Below, piece by piece: positions 25,244 through 38,902 of a stretch of 64,000 nt of DNA (its first letter is position 1; each line of letters opens with the position of its first letter). A model generated the notes under the pieces. It saw nothing but the letters and a program-made list of their open reading frames with translations, ran no database searches and had not been told where the DNA came from. Source of the DNA: Lytechinus pictus (lineage: Eukaryota); assembly GCF_037042905.1 (NCBI RefSeq), contig NC_087246.1, positions 67,394,001 through 67,458,000 on the forward strand. Direction: 5' to 3'. Both the position numbers and the translations under genes were made by a program.

Positions 25244-26218
25244 GTAAGAAGCATGGACATGATCATTATTATAAAAGAGAGTAGATAATCCTTTCATGAT
25301 AAATTAGAAAGTTCCTATTATCAGGATGATGTTATCTAAAGACTCGAATATTGAGTAAAATTTTACTCAGTGCTTTTAGAGTGTATAATAAGAAAAATAA
25401 ATGCTAAGGGGTTGGTATCAAGCATTTACTCGAATAGGTATTCATAAAACCTACATTTGTTATTGATTTTTTTCTACAAAATATGAGACCATGAGAGCAC
25501 GCGCGGTTCTTGACGATTTTTTTATATATTTATTTAGTTATTATTATTACTATTTTGAGGGGGAGGCTTCTGAGGGCTCGAGAATATTTTGAGCCTGGTC
25601 ATTTAATACATGGTAAATGGGCTATCATTTAAATAATTGGAATGGGAGCCTATACTGACTAAGCAGATGGGAATTGGTGACTGTAATACCAGCCCGCCTT
25701 CTCCCCTCGGCAAAAAAATTATTTATAATAATTTGTAATTCAAGAGAGCGTTGCGACTGAGGGAGGAATAATCAACATAGAATGTATTTCAGAACTATTT
25801 CATCTACAATACACCCATCAGGGCATGACAGTTCGATTCACGATAACTGGCAGTCAGTAAGAGGGACCGTGTTGTAACCATCTCCAGGCTTTTCAATTAT
25901 TTACATGTATACGTGAGTGAGCATAGCGAACGAGCGATAATTGATCCTATTTTCAATAGCTATACTTCGCAGTTTTTACAGCAGGCTATTGCAGGGGATA
26001 TGGGGAATTTGGCTTTTAATGTCAATGACACCCCCTTAAGCATGTTGATCGAGGAGACATTTTTAAAGTGAAACTTAGAATTTGGAGCACCTTCTAATGA
26101 ACCCCCAATTAAATATATGTCTAAACTTCCTAAAATTCCTGATGTGAATACTCATCATGGTGAAAATAACATGACACTGGGATTGCTGCCCTGCATGAAA
26201 CAGTAGTCAACTGTATGG

Positions 26219-27510
26219 AGGGGCGATAGCTCAGTCGGTAGAGCGGGGGTTTCGGATCAGGCACGGATCCAAGGGGCGGGGGGAGACCCGCCCCCCCTAA
26301 TTTGGGGCAACCAAAAAAGTGTCCCCTTTCAACTTTTTAACAGAATTGTAAATACAAGGACGTATTATACCCATGTTTAATTTACGGCCTCGTAACGACC
26401 GGCCCGATCCCCCTAGATCTACTCGAAATGACACCGCATTCTGTTAGTTCACAATTGTACTCAAACCACGCTACCGCAACTGCGCACTCCTCAATGAAAG
26501 ACATTCTCCTGCGCATGGGGTTTCCTGCATTCCATCAACAGCCGAGTAGCTCTGCGTTGGAGGATCACCATATGCACCGCTTAAGAAGGCCGTAAGATAA
26601 TATAAATTAAAAAATGCATGTTATTCAAAACGTGCTTAAATTATCAATTTTATATCAGAATATCAAAATTTTACTTCTCGCGCTTCGCGCTCGCATTATT
26701 AATGTAGGAAGATACCCATTTGCTCATCGCTTTCATGATTTACAAAACATGAATAGAGTGTCCCGTTTTTAGGTCTATACCTTTTCTTTCCGCTCGCGCT
26801 TCGCGCTCGCATTTAGTTATATACCTATCCTGTTCATGATTACAAAAAGTGCCGAGAATGTCCAATCTTTAGGTCAAAATTATGTCAAAAAAATTTCAGC
26901 TCGCACTTCGCGCTCGCATTATTTGATTGTTGAAATATGTATCGTTTTCATGGGTAACTGCAAACAGTGCTTAACAGGTCCCTTTTGATCACGCCAGAAT
27001 GTATACATATTTAACATTTCTGCTCGCGATTCACTTTCCGCAGTAATTATTTAGTTAGAACATATATACACATCTTTTTTACAACCACAAACATTGCTCA
27101 GAATGTTCAATTTTCAGGACAGAATACATAAAATTTCAAAAAAAAAAAAAAATAGCTCGCGCTCGCACTTTTCAATCAGGGCTTATATGAGATTATCATT
27201 CATTTTCATGTTTCATGTTTTGTTAGAATAAAGCCAAGAAGTGACTGTTAGGACTACCCCTTTAAAGAAACAAAAATCAACTTTGAGCGGCCGATCGGGG
27301 AAAATAATTATATGTGAAAGCAAAATTTTGCCACCCCCCTATTGGCGAAAGCGGGATCCGCCCCTGCCGGATTCCGGTGACCCAGGTTCGATTCCCACTT
27401 GGAACGCTAGTGCCCTTTGGTAAGGCATTAATTCTTATTACCAGGTCCCTCGGATAGGACCTTAAGATGTCGGTCCTCTGGTTGCTTGCTTACAATCATT
27501 CGTTCTTTCT
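26219..27510 (+). mobile_element. tRNA-derived SINE split by a DNA transposon insertion (26258-27366)
   Basis: A box GATAGCTCAGTCGGTAGAGCG at about 26225; B box GGTTCGATTCC at about 27385 followed by SINE body; 3' end approximate. Confidence 0.7.
26258..27366. mobile_element. hAT-like non-autonomous element inside the SINE head
   Basis: TIRs CAGGCACGGATCC / GGATCCGCCCCTG; flanks tcggat / ccggat; repeated gctcgcgcttcgcgctcgca motifs. Confidence 0.7.
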
Positions 27511-29154
27511 TAGCAATCAGGTAAAAAAATCACTACTAATCATTTCCAAATATGGTTTTGTAGAAATAAAGTCAAACCACTTTCAAAATGCATTAAAAAT
27601 AACTCTAAACTAGGTCCGAGAAAATATAGGGGCTGAGTTGTTTTTCTCAACAGAAATTCAGAGCGGTTTTGACCAAAACATGCCAAAATAGACAAATTTA
27701 GGATTGTTAGTCCATTTTAAGGAACCAGTATTTTGATTTTCACTGTTGGCGGGGAGGAGGGGGATTCTTTGAAAAAAAAGTTGTTTCTCTCTCATTGTAG
27801 GAATATAATTTACTTACTATAGCGGCACTTTAATAGAGCATTGACACGGTATGAATTTAGGTATTATAATTTATTTATTTGTACATATGCTTTTTTACTT
27901 CTTCGCGATAAAACGTTTTTAGGGGTGAGCCCCCACAGTCACCCCTGCTCCTCGTAGTAAACTATATAAGTCGGCAATTTTCAGTGTTTTTTGTTCGAAA
28001 AATGAAGGGTTGCTGCAGGCCATGTAAAATTGTGATCCTGTACAAATGCGATTTGCTCTCTTTGTAATTCATAGTTATGTTGAAGTCAGAACTGCGCATT
28101 TAGCCCAAACAACTTTGCAGTATGTTATATAATGGAGTACCTACTAAGGAGTTATGGAATAGAAATGAAGTTTTATGAGGTAGAATAAATTGGAGATTAT
28201 TCCACTTTTCGAAATATTACAATATGGCGCAGCTGCGCTGTTCATTCCAAGAAAACAATCGATCTATGATAACATTCAAAAATCTCGCGTGAGTTTTCCG
28301 TTCAAATGGTGTCCGTCAAACTGTAAGTGATATTGATGATCAAAATAGATAAAGTTTGTATTTGGGTGTTTGAGGATATAGATTTACGCATTAGAATACA
28401 ACTAACATTTACAATCAGGTGGAGATATATTCAGCTTAGATTATTCACGGTCGTGCAAACAAAATCAAATATTTGGAATGGCACGTGCTAGAAGTTACTT
28501 CCGCTATATTTTGTCCGTGAATAATCTTGACTGAACCACAAAATGGTAATTTCACATGTTCAGGGAGGAAAAATTCTTTGTTTGTCATGACAATTTTAGA
28601 GAAGTTAACAATATGTCATATTTCATATAATGAAATATAACAGAAATAGTGAGTGGGTGATGTCATCAGTTCCCTCAGTTGCATACTAACCAGGATGAGC
28701 ATATAATACTGTTTTGTGAAATTAAGCGAAATTTTGAAATGTTATAACTCTCTAACTTTGTCATCCGATTTTGATGAAATTTTCAGTGTTATGCTTGTCG
28801 GATTTTACTCCTTTCATTTAAATCTACATTTGTTGGGGGGACTTGTTCTTTATGTATATTAATAATCATCTCACTTCGTTTTTTGATAACATATTTAAGT
28901 TCAAAAGCTAAATCTGTACATACCCAACTTGCATATCTGGAAACTTTCATCTCACCATGGACCTACTACTCTGACGTGTTCCAAGCATTTGGAATAATCT
29001 TTTAAACAATATTAAGATATACAATATATCCCTTATAACTATCATTCAATTTTATGCATCTTATACCCAAAACAATGGTATTCACATTCGCCACTTAATA
29101 TTCTTATTTTACTCAACTGTTATCTACGTCACCTGCACCTGCATTGCACCAGTG

Positions 29155-29341
29155 CACTCTTAAAATAACTCAGTCAAATTGACTATAGTAGTTAGCTGGG
29201 TCTAGTTACACTTCTGAATTATATTCTAGTCGGAAATAACTATGTTCTACGACTAGAAAATAGTAAACTATGACTAGAATAACAGTTTCACCCAGCTTAT
29301 CATATTAACTAGTCATTTTTGACTGATTTGTTTTTAGAGTG
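29155..29341. mobile_element. CAC..GTG-ended palindromic MITE
   Basis: CACTCTTAAAATAACTCAGTCAAA...TTTGACTGATTTGTTTTTAGAGTG. Confidence 0.6.
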
Positions 29342-29731
29342 CACATGATCAGTATATTTAAATACCATTCTCAGTCACGATTTTTTAAAGGTTTTGTATG
29401 GTACAAAAGAGAAGTTTAGGCTCACACCGTTATTTTGTATTCATTGTGTAGTACAACAATGTTGTTTTCATTATGTAAACAAATTCAATATTATCCGGCA
29501 TATAATGTATTGTGCTATTTTGAAGCAGAAACAAAACTAACAAATAAATGAATGTCTCGGTTTTATTTTAAAAGGTTGCATTTGTCTAATTTGCATTTTG
29601 AAAAAAAAATGAAATAACAATCACAAAGTCACTGGAAATCAGAAAGTAAGCCACATTGCTTTTTAAATGAATTCTTCTCTGGATGCTTACTGCTGTCATA
29701 TAAATTTTGGTTTTCTTTTCTTTTGTCTTAG

Positions 29732-29959
29732 ATTTCGGCTCTTCTCGGATTCGCTTGGCTGTTTGGGTTCTTGGCCATGGTAGTAAACATCCTCGTGACA
29801 TGGTATCTCTTCATCATTGTGAGTGGCCTCCAGGGATTCTTTATATTCATCTCGTTCGGGGCGAATAGACGAGCAAGAGGGCTCTGGGGTACCCTTCTCG
29901 GGAAAGCTTTCTCTGCGAACGCAACCACACGCACCGAATCGGGGACGCAATCACGATAA
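29732..29959 (+). CDS. Class B/Methuselah-like GPCR, exon 3: TM6-TM7 and C-terminal tail
   Basis: ttttcttttcttttgtcttag|ATT TCG; reads ISALLGFAWLFGFLAMVVNILVTWYLFIIVSGLQGFFIFISF...QSR*; the LLG.W.FG and LQGFFIF class B motifs are present; phase 0 matches. Confidence 0.92.
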   Translation: MSALLGFAWLFGFLAMVVNILVTWYLFIIVSGLQGFFIFISFGANRRARGLWGTLLGKAFSANATTRTESGTQSR

Positions 29960-32900
29960 CAATTGTGGTTGGACCGTTGGACAAACGTAAACTTTGTAGT
30001 CATGAGCTGCACAAGAATGGAAGGGGTGGGATTTTTTTTCAGGAATCATAGTGTTCTTTGATATTACTGAAATGAAAAAAAACTGAATATTCATGATAAT
30101 ACAAATTTATGCATCACTCATGCGCTAAAACAAATACTTTCTTGTAGAAGAGTATCAATACAGTGAAATCAAGAACAACGCTAGTATATACCGATTTCTT
30201 ATTATGTACTTTATGATTACAACAAATAATAACCATCATCAAGTTTTCATATGCACACGAAAAAAATTATTTGTATAATCTCTGTAAATAGCGATTCACC
30301 ATTGCTTGTTATTAATTGATTTTAAAAACTGTGTATGATCAGTGGATCGTTTCTATACACAGGAAGATTGTTGGACAGTCGATCAGCGAAAAGAAAAAAA
30401 AACATGTCGGCGGTTGAGACGGATTCAAGTTGATTCGTAAATATAGAGTTTCTTGGAGGGCTACTAGTAGTTTTGTACAGTAATTTAGTAAAATATGATA
30501 TTGCAAACATTATTTTAATTGATTGGTGACTTGATTGCTTGCTTGATTAATTGATTGATTGACATCCTTTGATATATTTCTTACTGATTTATCAGTGCAT
30601 TCGTCAACATAGTTGTTTATTTCTTTATTTTGTATATATCAAATTAAAATATGCACCCAGGTAACACAGCTTTTGTAAAATGTTGAATTATGCAGTTTAT
30701 TGCAGTTTATTTCAAGTTACCTGCCAAATATAGTGCGACAATACATCAAGTCGATGGACTGAGCTTTATCAGACAAAGGAAGAAGTTTTAGGAGCAAGGT
30801 TTTATGATCATCACGTTTATGCAAGGCTTTGTGCATATGACTACAATAATGCATTTGGGCGCTTGATAATTCTCGGTCTCGGCGCATCTACATTAATGAA
30901 ACGATATGACCCATTTATTTGATTTCATTGAACCGATATTATATATATATATACTAGGACTTGCACAGGTCACTTTCCTAAAATGGATGACCACCGTGTC
31001 TGTTAACTCCATTTGATTTACTTGTGACAGAAAAGTGTTTATACATGTATATGGGGTATGAATTGTGGTCATCTGTATTCCGTGTTCTCCTGTATATCGT
31101 TAATTACATGATTTAAATTTCTAATTCAATATCATGTCTTATTGGAAAAAACAAGGTTACCAAAATTCATTAGAATTTCTCCAAATTTAAAGTACAGTGT
31201 GATATTTTTAGAGTGGATTTTTTATCTCCAATCATTCGAGAGAAGTGAGTTAAAAATTAAATAAATACATCGCTAGGGACATGAATGCAGTTAGGATGAT
31301 TTCGGGGCATAGAATAAAGAGTTTTCGCAACCACTACGTAGACGCTTTCTAGTATCTATTGTCAAAAAGGCCTTCATGACAAAGAAGCTTTTGGCGAAAT
31401 ATCGGTGAATCAAAACAGCAGTGTCGTCCCGGGCTCCGAACAAACGGTTTTTTTTTTGCTATTTTTCGTCAGCTCCGAATCTATATAAAGACAGATTTTG
31501 CTGTCCTGGTTCAACAATTTTCGACAAAGATCTCTCTGCTTTTCAATAGATTTACTATGTTGTTTAATCCGTCCCCGTTTCAATTGCGAAAGCTCGCTAG
31601 TAATTCAAGAACGCAGATGTGTTCATTTCTAAACCAATTAAGCATTCCGCTTAAAAATGAACCGAGTCGTTTCGATTTGGTCTCGCCCTTCGGCATGCAC
31701 TTATTTTGGGTTTTTTTACGCCGCTATTGACATAATGTGTGTATTATTAATTTATACAAGAAGGAACACCTGTACAGGTCTACAAGTAATGTGTTAAGTT
31801 GTATTCTGTTTTTATCTACCATTATCCGGCACTTATGCATATGTATCAAATACATTTTTTTTTCTAGATATATTTATCCTCTCGCCATTGGCATATCCCT
31901 GTATTCCAATCTTTCTTTCTTTCTTTCTTACTCACTTTCCTTCCTTCCATCCATCCTTTCTTCCTTCCTTTCTTTCTTTCTTTCATTCTCCCCCTCCTTC
32001 TTCTTCTCCTTCTTTTTTCGTCGTCGTCGTCTGTTTATTCCTTCTCCTCCTCCTCTTTTCAATTCTCCCATTTCCGCTCTCTTCTCATTCCCTCCCCCTC
32101 CCCCCCCCCCCCTCTCCCGGTTTTTCCTTTTGAACTCCATTACCATCCGGATTAGAAGTCAGAAAGGGAAAATTTTCTTCGAAAATATCTGGTGGTGCTG
32201 ACATTTCTTTACCATCAGGTATAAGGTCTCCTTATATTTCTCTTATAAAAGATCTTAACTTCGATCCCGGTAATCTAGACGCTTTAAGATTTATTCCATC
32301 GGGGGAAGATGTGTATTTATGAATTTAGATGGAGTAATCTACGTTTAAGGTCCATTAACGATTTACATCAGCTTACATTACCCATAAACAACAACACATC
32401 CCGATGCACAAAGTGCCCATATTGCGAAAAATATTACGAAATCGTAAGATGGGAATTATTGCGAAAGTTGGTGCCTTTTCCCCCCTTTTTTTAAATGATA
32501 TTCTTTTCCGACAAGGATGGGGGTTGGCAACGGGCAATTATGATTATTGCTAGATGAATACTTTGAATTCTAAATAATTAATAAAAATGGGTATCGAACG
32601 GCTGATTTACCGTAACCCCTCCCCCTTCTCCCTCTTGTGTTCACCCGGATGGAAATTGAAATTGAGAACATGTGCAATCAAAATAAGAGCTTTGAATATG
32701 CCCTATTTTCTTTTTCGGGGGGGGGGGGGGGTATTGCGTAGAATCATAGTTAAAACATCATGTTCTTCGATGTAAATCAGGAGTTGGGGATGGGATCATT
32801 AGAGAGAAAAATATGAAACCCACACACTCCTCAAGGAAAATGAATCATACATACATAGTTGAATATACCCCAAAAATGTCGATTAATTACAAGAAATTCA

Positions 32901-35900
32901 CCATTTTGTTCCCGATGAAATTGATAAATCAATCAAAATACTTTAGAGTATATCTGAATTAGATCTGAACATGTTGACCGCTGCTGCCGCTCCAATCAGT
33001 ATCGGCCATATTAATTCCCTCATAATTTCTTAACCGTGTTATGAATAATTTTGTTTTCCATAGTAAATGGACAAATGGGCCCGTATTTAACAATGCGCAA
33101 TTGTTTTTGCCAAAATATTATATAGATGTTAGAAAGTGTATAAAAAATACGCTGGGATATGTGTATAGCATGTCATTCTGCCAGCATATCACATACGATG
33201 GGACTTATCGGGACTCTTGGGGATTGAACAGGTTTTATTTCTTGCTTGACTCAGAATACATGCAGAATGACCAAAGAGTTAAAAAAAATAGGTGGACTTG
33301 TGATATCCCAAGACTTCAGTCGGGTTTGGGTTCATTTATAGCCAATTTTGTTTTACTCTGCTTCATGAATAGGAACCACTGTTATTCCACGTTCTCACTT
33401 ATCCATTATACATTACTTACAAAAGGCGGGGTATTTTCCCCCACTGGATGGCTCCTTTTATTTTTCCTATGATATATTACTTATTTATATAATTTCGTAA
33501 AATGACAGACTTCAGTTCCACCATGCTGTTCAAAGACAGCTACCACAATCCCTTTATAAAATAAGAGGGGCGTATGGGGCGTATCTTGTTTCCACATGTG
33601 CGACTTTCGCGTTTTTGCTAAGCATATGCTAAGCGACCCTTGTCATTTATGAGTACTCCTTTAAACATTGACAAGTGCCTCTTAATTATTTTTGACACTT
33701 GCTCCTTTCCATCACCAGGAAGCACCTGGGAGAAAGTAAAGACGGTTTGTGATGGGAAGTTGATTTTATTTATCTGTTCACGGTAAAATCCCTTTTCAGC
33801 CGCTATTGTCTGTTTTACATTGCAAACGAATTTTAGAAGAGTACTGCATCCAATTTGGTAGGCTTGAATGATAAAGAATAGGAAGCAACGTCGTCGATGG
33901 GGGGGGGGGCAGGGACGATCGCCCCATGAAATTATTGAGGGGGCAGATATCTCGATTTGCCGCCCAATGCAAATTTAAGTTTTAAAAGTATTGGGAAGCA
34001 CGAAAGTAAACTTTGCATAAAAATACTATCAAACATACAAATTTCTAATTTTTTCGGCGCGCTTCGGGCGCAATACTTTCTATTTTCTAAGCGCGCCGAA
34101 AATAAATATTGTCTACTTCTTTCACCTTTGCCCCCTCCTTTCCTCTTTCAAAACATGGATCGGCGCCCCTGATTGGATGATTGTAAAGAGTTTTACAAAT
34201 AGATCTTTCTCAAATAGATATGAAATGTGTGGCTAGAACAATATTCTAATTGAAATCTATATTAAGATTCCTACCTTTTTATAAATACGTGTAAACAAAA
34301 TGCTACGCTTTGGGCTGTGCCAAAATCAGATTTTAGAATATGAAACAGATAGTAATGTCCATAGATACTCTAAACAACTGCGTAGCTAGGCACCATATGC
34401 CGCATTGTGGACCGAGCTCCATAAAACTGATATCTTAAACAGACAGTCCATTTCACTCTTTCCTAAATTGCCGTTCTTAATGATTAATTTTCTCTCAATT
34501 CATGATATCCCTTTCAAAATGATGCAAACTCTTGACCCTGGTCATGCCTATAAAGGTTAATTTTAGAATTGCTATTGGGGCGAAATTTGTGCGATTCTGA
34601 GAGGAAGCTTTAGAAAAAAATAAATGTACCCATTAATGTCTCTAAAGCCAAGATAAGATGCATTAACCTTCAGTGTCCTTTTTAAGGGGGTGGGGGCAAA
34701 TCATCTAAATGTATTATTTCCCCTTTACTCTTTTCTCTCCGGTATATCTCTCCCTGTTTACCAATTTCTCAAATTGGCATCCTATAAGCACTTGCATCCG
34801 CTGCACAACCGAGATACACAGATGAGTCTTAATAAATAGGGCACTCTGAACGCTTTTTACTATCCTCCTTCAATCAAATGAATTGCAATTTGCATGCATT
34901 AAAATAAAAACATATTAAAATGGTATTTGTTAATGCTAGGAAAACTATTGCAACAATTGTTATTTGTGTCGAGAAGGTAAAAAACATTTTGCTCCATAAA
35001 AAGAAGAGGGGAAATAATTCAGCAGTCTTATCGAGTATATACTCTCGATTAATAACTGCCCTTTGAATATACTTATGATTTTTTTTCTCTTTATAATTTC
35101 AGGATCTTGACATACACTCATAAATATGGATGAAGAAATGTCAATTTTACTTCAATCTTTACTTATTTATTGAATAGTAGCCATTATCTTAAATTACACT
35201 TAGATATTCCCTCTGGAATGAATGACTGGCATGTTGGTTTGAAGTGGTTGTGAAATGTTGTAGGCCTACGTACTGAATTTGACGTAACGTAATCATGGTA
35301 TTTATTAGGCTAACATCTCTCATCCACAATATGAATATGAAAACCCAATATACAATTTAGATTATTTTTCAAAATAGACATATAAATTTTCAAAGATAGT
35401 CTTTGTTGGTGCAGGCATGAACAAAAATAATCGTTTAATGACATCTAATAGAAGAGATGCTGCAGTTTATATCCACATAAATTTGGCAGCGAAAGTTTGC
35501 TGATTTCAGAAGATAAGTCGTTTGAAAAAAAAAAAACCACTCTAGCAAACCCACTCACCCACAATAAGCTTTTTAATACGTGTAACACTAATTAGAAACG
35601 CTACTATTTACATTGTTCTGAATATATCAAAATTTATTTCATGTTCCACAAATCATTAACATACATTTACGACATTTACTAATTAGACCGACTTTGTATA
35701 GTAATTGGTGTAGCAGTTGTAGTAGCAGTATTAGAAGCAGCAGCAGTAGTAGTTGGAACAAGGTAAAATTTTAAGCCATTTTCAAGCCAAAACTCGTCAA
35801 ACAAGGACATAGCAAACCATTTGAGTCTGGTTTAATTTAATTGATTTAGAACGTAAATTATGTGACGAAAAATGTCTACAGCCAGTGGCATGCATCTCCT

Positions 35901-36713
35901 GCTAGTATCATTCATGACATATTGTGGGGGGGGGGGGGGGGTTGATGGTTAGGTGCATATCAGTTTTCAGTTAGATATGACAAAATGCTGTCCGAATATG
36001 ATTAATGTAAAATCGCTTTTAGATTTATTTAAATAAAAAAGTAGTTTCTTCAGAATCATATACCATATTTCCATTCGATGAGCCTACAATTTAAAATTGA
36101 GTGGTTTTGAACCAATAACTCATTTAGAAATAACTAAAATAATTGGCATAATAAATAAACACACACATACAAACACGCATCCTCATCCTCTCCCTCCCAC
36201 ACACACACACACACACATGCAAATATATAGGCACGTACAATGTACCGCGTTGAAGTTTTTTTCTTTCTATCTTGTTAAAGTCCAAGTAATTGAATAAAAT
36301 ACAAAACAAGTACAACGCTGGGTTATGACATTCTAAATTTTGGGTTGATTTCACAAAAAATAGAATTTAAAATGTCACAACTTCATTGACATACGACACT
36401 AATGATTTTTTTTCACAGTATTATGCTCCTTTTAACTTCTCTTTTTACATATGAAACAATGTTTTTGGGGGACGTACATGAATAACATTACCACATACTG
36501 ATAGCAGTACTGGCTTAATATGTCTTATAGTACTGTAACGGTAGTAGTAGCTAATGTCTTGCTCAGATCTGGGTTTCAGTTTTACTTGTCTGTTACTGAA
36601 CACATTTGGATTCTAGCTGCCAAAATCACTCTCTCTCTGACATTGGTTTTGAATTACCCATAGTGGAGCTAAAAACCTGTTTATGTAGGTACTGAAATTC
36701 CTAAATTCCTTTT

Positions 36714-37195
36714 TTAAATAAACACTGAATCAGTTCTTTGATACATTACACGCGGTGTTGTTCCGTGTCGATCGATTTCTATTTCACGTGGCATACCCGA
36801 GACGTAATGACGATCGTCGCCATTGTCGTGGTCATCGTCAGTACCGTTATCGGCTCGAGGTGCAGTATGGTCTTCGTTCCGCTTGTTCGTGGGAATCACA
36901 ACCGATTCGTACGATGGCGGTGATTCAACTGGCGGCGGAGTAGGGGGTCTGTAGTCTGGTGGAGGCTCAGTCAACTCGCAAGTCGGGTTGTAACTGGCTG
37001 GTACAACGTCATCACGTGACGCGGTCGGGCCTGTGTGGATAGGGGATGTACCAGGGCGGCGTTTTCTGCGCCCTTGCTGGTAGATAGCCAAGCCGGATAG
37101 AATGAGAAGCATGAACATGGCCATCAGTGTGATGAGGATTATTTCCCAGACTGGTATGCTCGTACCTTGGCTATTATCAGGCTCTGATGGGTTAA
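36714..37195 (-). CDS. SRCR membrane receptor, last exon: stalk, TM helix, cytoplasmic tail with two PPxY motifs
   Basis: atttgatcag|TT AAC; VWEIILITLMAMFMLLILSGLAIY (TM), then RRKRR stop-transfer, PPPDY, PPSYESV, ending DSVFI*; phase 1 matches. Confidence 0.85.
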
Positions 37196-37591
37196 CTGAT
37201 CAAATTAGAAGTGGGTTCAAACGTGATTATAAATTATTCACTTATTTTAGATAACCGATGCAAGGCCCTGGGAACGATTATTTAAAGACTGGGTGCTGGT
37301 TTGGTAAAAATAAAATGACAAGCAGCAAAAGAAGAAAAAAAGGTTTTCGCTCCAAAAGGTGATTTTTGTTAAATTCCTATAATTTCAGCGTACCAACCTG
37401 ATTTGTAGGGGGGGGGGGGGGCTGCCTATCGTGTATAGCATTTTTAATCTAAAGATAATACAATAAAGCAACGCCCATGCACAAAATACATAAGAGCTAA
37501 TCTGGTCCCCAATCACACTATATACTCCCAGAGTGAAACAAAGGACCAGTCATTTTGGAGTGGGATTTCCACCTTTTGAGAGTGCATTATA

Positions 37592-37826
37592 CACTGCAAA
37601 AACTTTGGTGTTGATTTAACACCGGCCCGGAATCTAAATATGTCCACACCAGACAAGTGTTAAACAACACCAGTTTCGTTTTGGTCTAACACCAGATATG
37701 TGTTTATACAACACCAATTAGTATTAAAACAGCATCGGTTTGATTCCAAACTGATGTTGTTTCAATACTTCTCTGGTGTGGACTATTCCGGGCTGGTGTT
37801 AAATCAACGCCCGAGTTTTTGCAGTG
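37592..37826. mobile_element. CAC..GTG-ended MITE nested in an older repeat
   Basis: CACTGCAAAAACTTTGGTGTTGATTTAACACC / GGTGTTAAATCAACGCCCGAGTTTTTGCAGTG; host repeat appears uninterrupted at about 53075-53260. Confidence 0.75.
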
Positions 37827-37944
37827 TGGCTCGTTCTGGAGTGAACTGTACTTTATCTTTAGACATTATTTCACTAAGATAGTGTAAAAGAGTCAAATGA
37901 CCCGATTCGTCACTGTGTTTGATAATGTTTTTACATTTCAGCTA

Positions 37945-38139
37945 CACTACAAAAACACTGAGTACAATTTTTACCCAATATTGGGTAGAAAGGGAACGGG
38001 CATGTTTGCTGGGTTTTTTTACCCCATATTGGGCTATTTCAACGCAACATTGCATAAAATGTACAAAATACTGTCTTTGTACCCAATCAACATGCATGTT
38101 CCCATTTTACCCAATATTGGGTAAACCTTTTTTAGAGTG
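37945..38139. mobile_element. CAC..GTG-ended MITE, TA-flanked
   Basis: ta-CACTACAAAAACACTGAG...TTTTTAGAGTG-ta; reverse complement of 3111-3302. Confidence 0.7.
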
Positions 38140-38691
38140 TATACGCTGCAATTAAGTTTAGAAACTCTGGTTTGAATACTCCCCCGGGAGAGGAGAAAGT
38201 GCGTACATCGTTTGCGTGCAAGCAATGATAACACCAGCCTGGTATCTATTGGAACATGTGCACCAGGGAAGTGTTGAAACGACACCACTTTAGAATCAAA
38301 CTGATGTCGGCTTAATTACTGTTGCTTAAATGCCATATTGGTGTAAGCGTAACGCCAAACCAGTGTTGTTTCAACAAATCTCTGGTGTGTTCTGATATAG
38401 ATACCAGGCTTAACACCGGTGTTTTTACAATGGGGTAATGAAGTGCTTATAGAGACATTCGATTCATCATGCGCTATGATAGCGGATTTATAATAATAAT
38501 GATGATGAAGATGATGATAATATTAATACTAATAATGACGATGATGATGATGATAATGAATATGATGATGATAATTATAATAATAATATGAATCATATAT
38601 CATTACTCATCATAAACAGGTCGTCATGATATTCCAAGAAGTCTCTTGATCGCTTATGGTTTAATTCGAAAGCAGCTTAATCTATACCCAC

Positions 38692-38902
38692 CTTCATAAT
38701 AATAACAGTCGATCCCTACATCCTGGTGGTGTCCGCAGTCCTTTTGACCCCATGCGCCATATTGGCACTCCCTCAGCGAACTATCTTCCGAATCACAGTC
38801 AACGGTGCTAAAGGCTATTGTTCCGTAGCTTTCGGGAAACTCGGAGGCGTCCAGGACCTTGGCATGGCTACCTGTGCCAAAGTTTAGTTGCCTACATACA
38901 GC
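38692..38902 (-). CDS. SRCR membrane receptor, SRCR domain 6 second half
   Basis: gctgacag|GCT GTA TGT...GAA G|gtgggt; AVCRQLNFG...VDCDSEDSSLRECQYGAWGQKDCGHHQDVGIDCYYYE; not in ORF track; phase 0 to 1. Confidence 0.87.

Noticed and set aside
24769-25266. 165-aa antisense ORF and other ORFs overlapping the GPCR exon
   Set aside because: Shadows of the GPCR coding sequence with no independent motifs.
31737-32201. 154-aa hydrophobic ORF and overlapping ORFs
   Set aside because: Produced by a CT-rich low-complexity tract.
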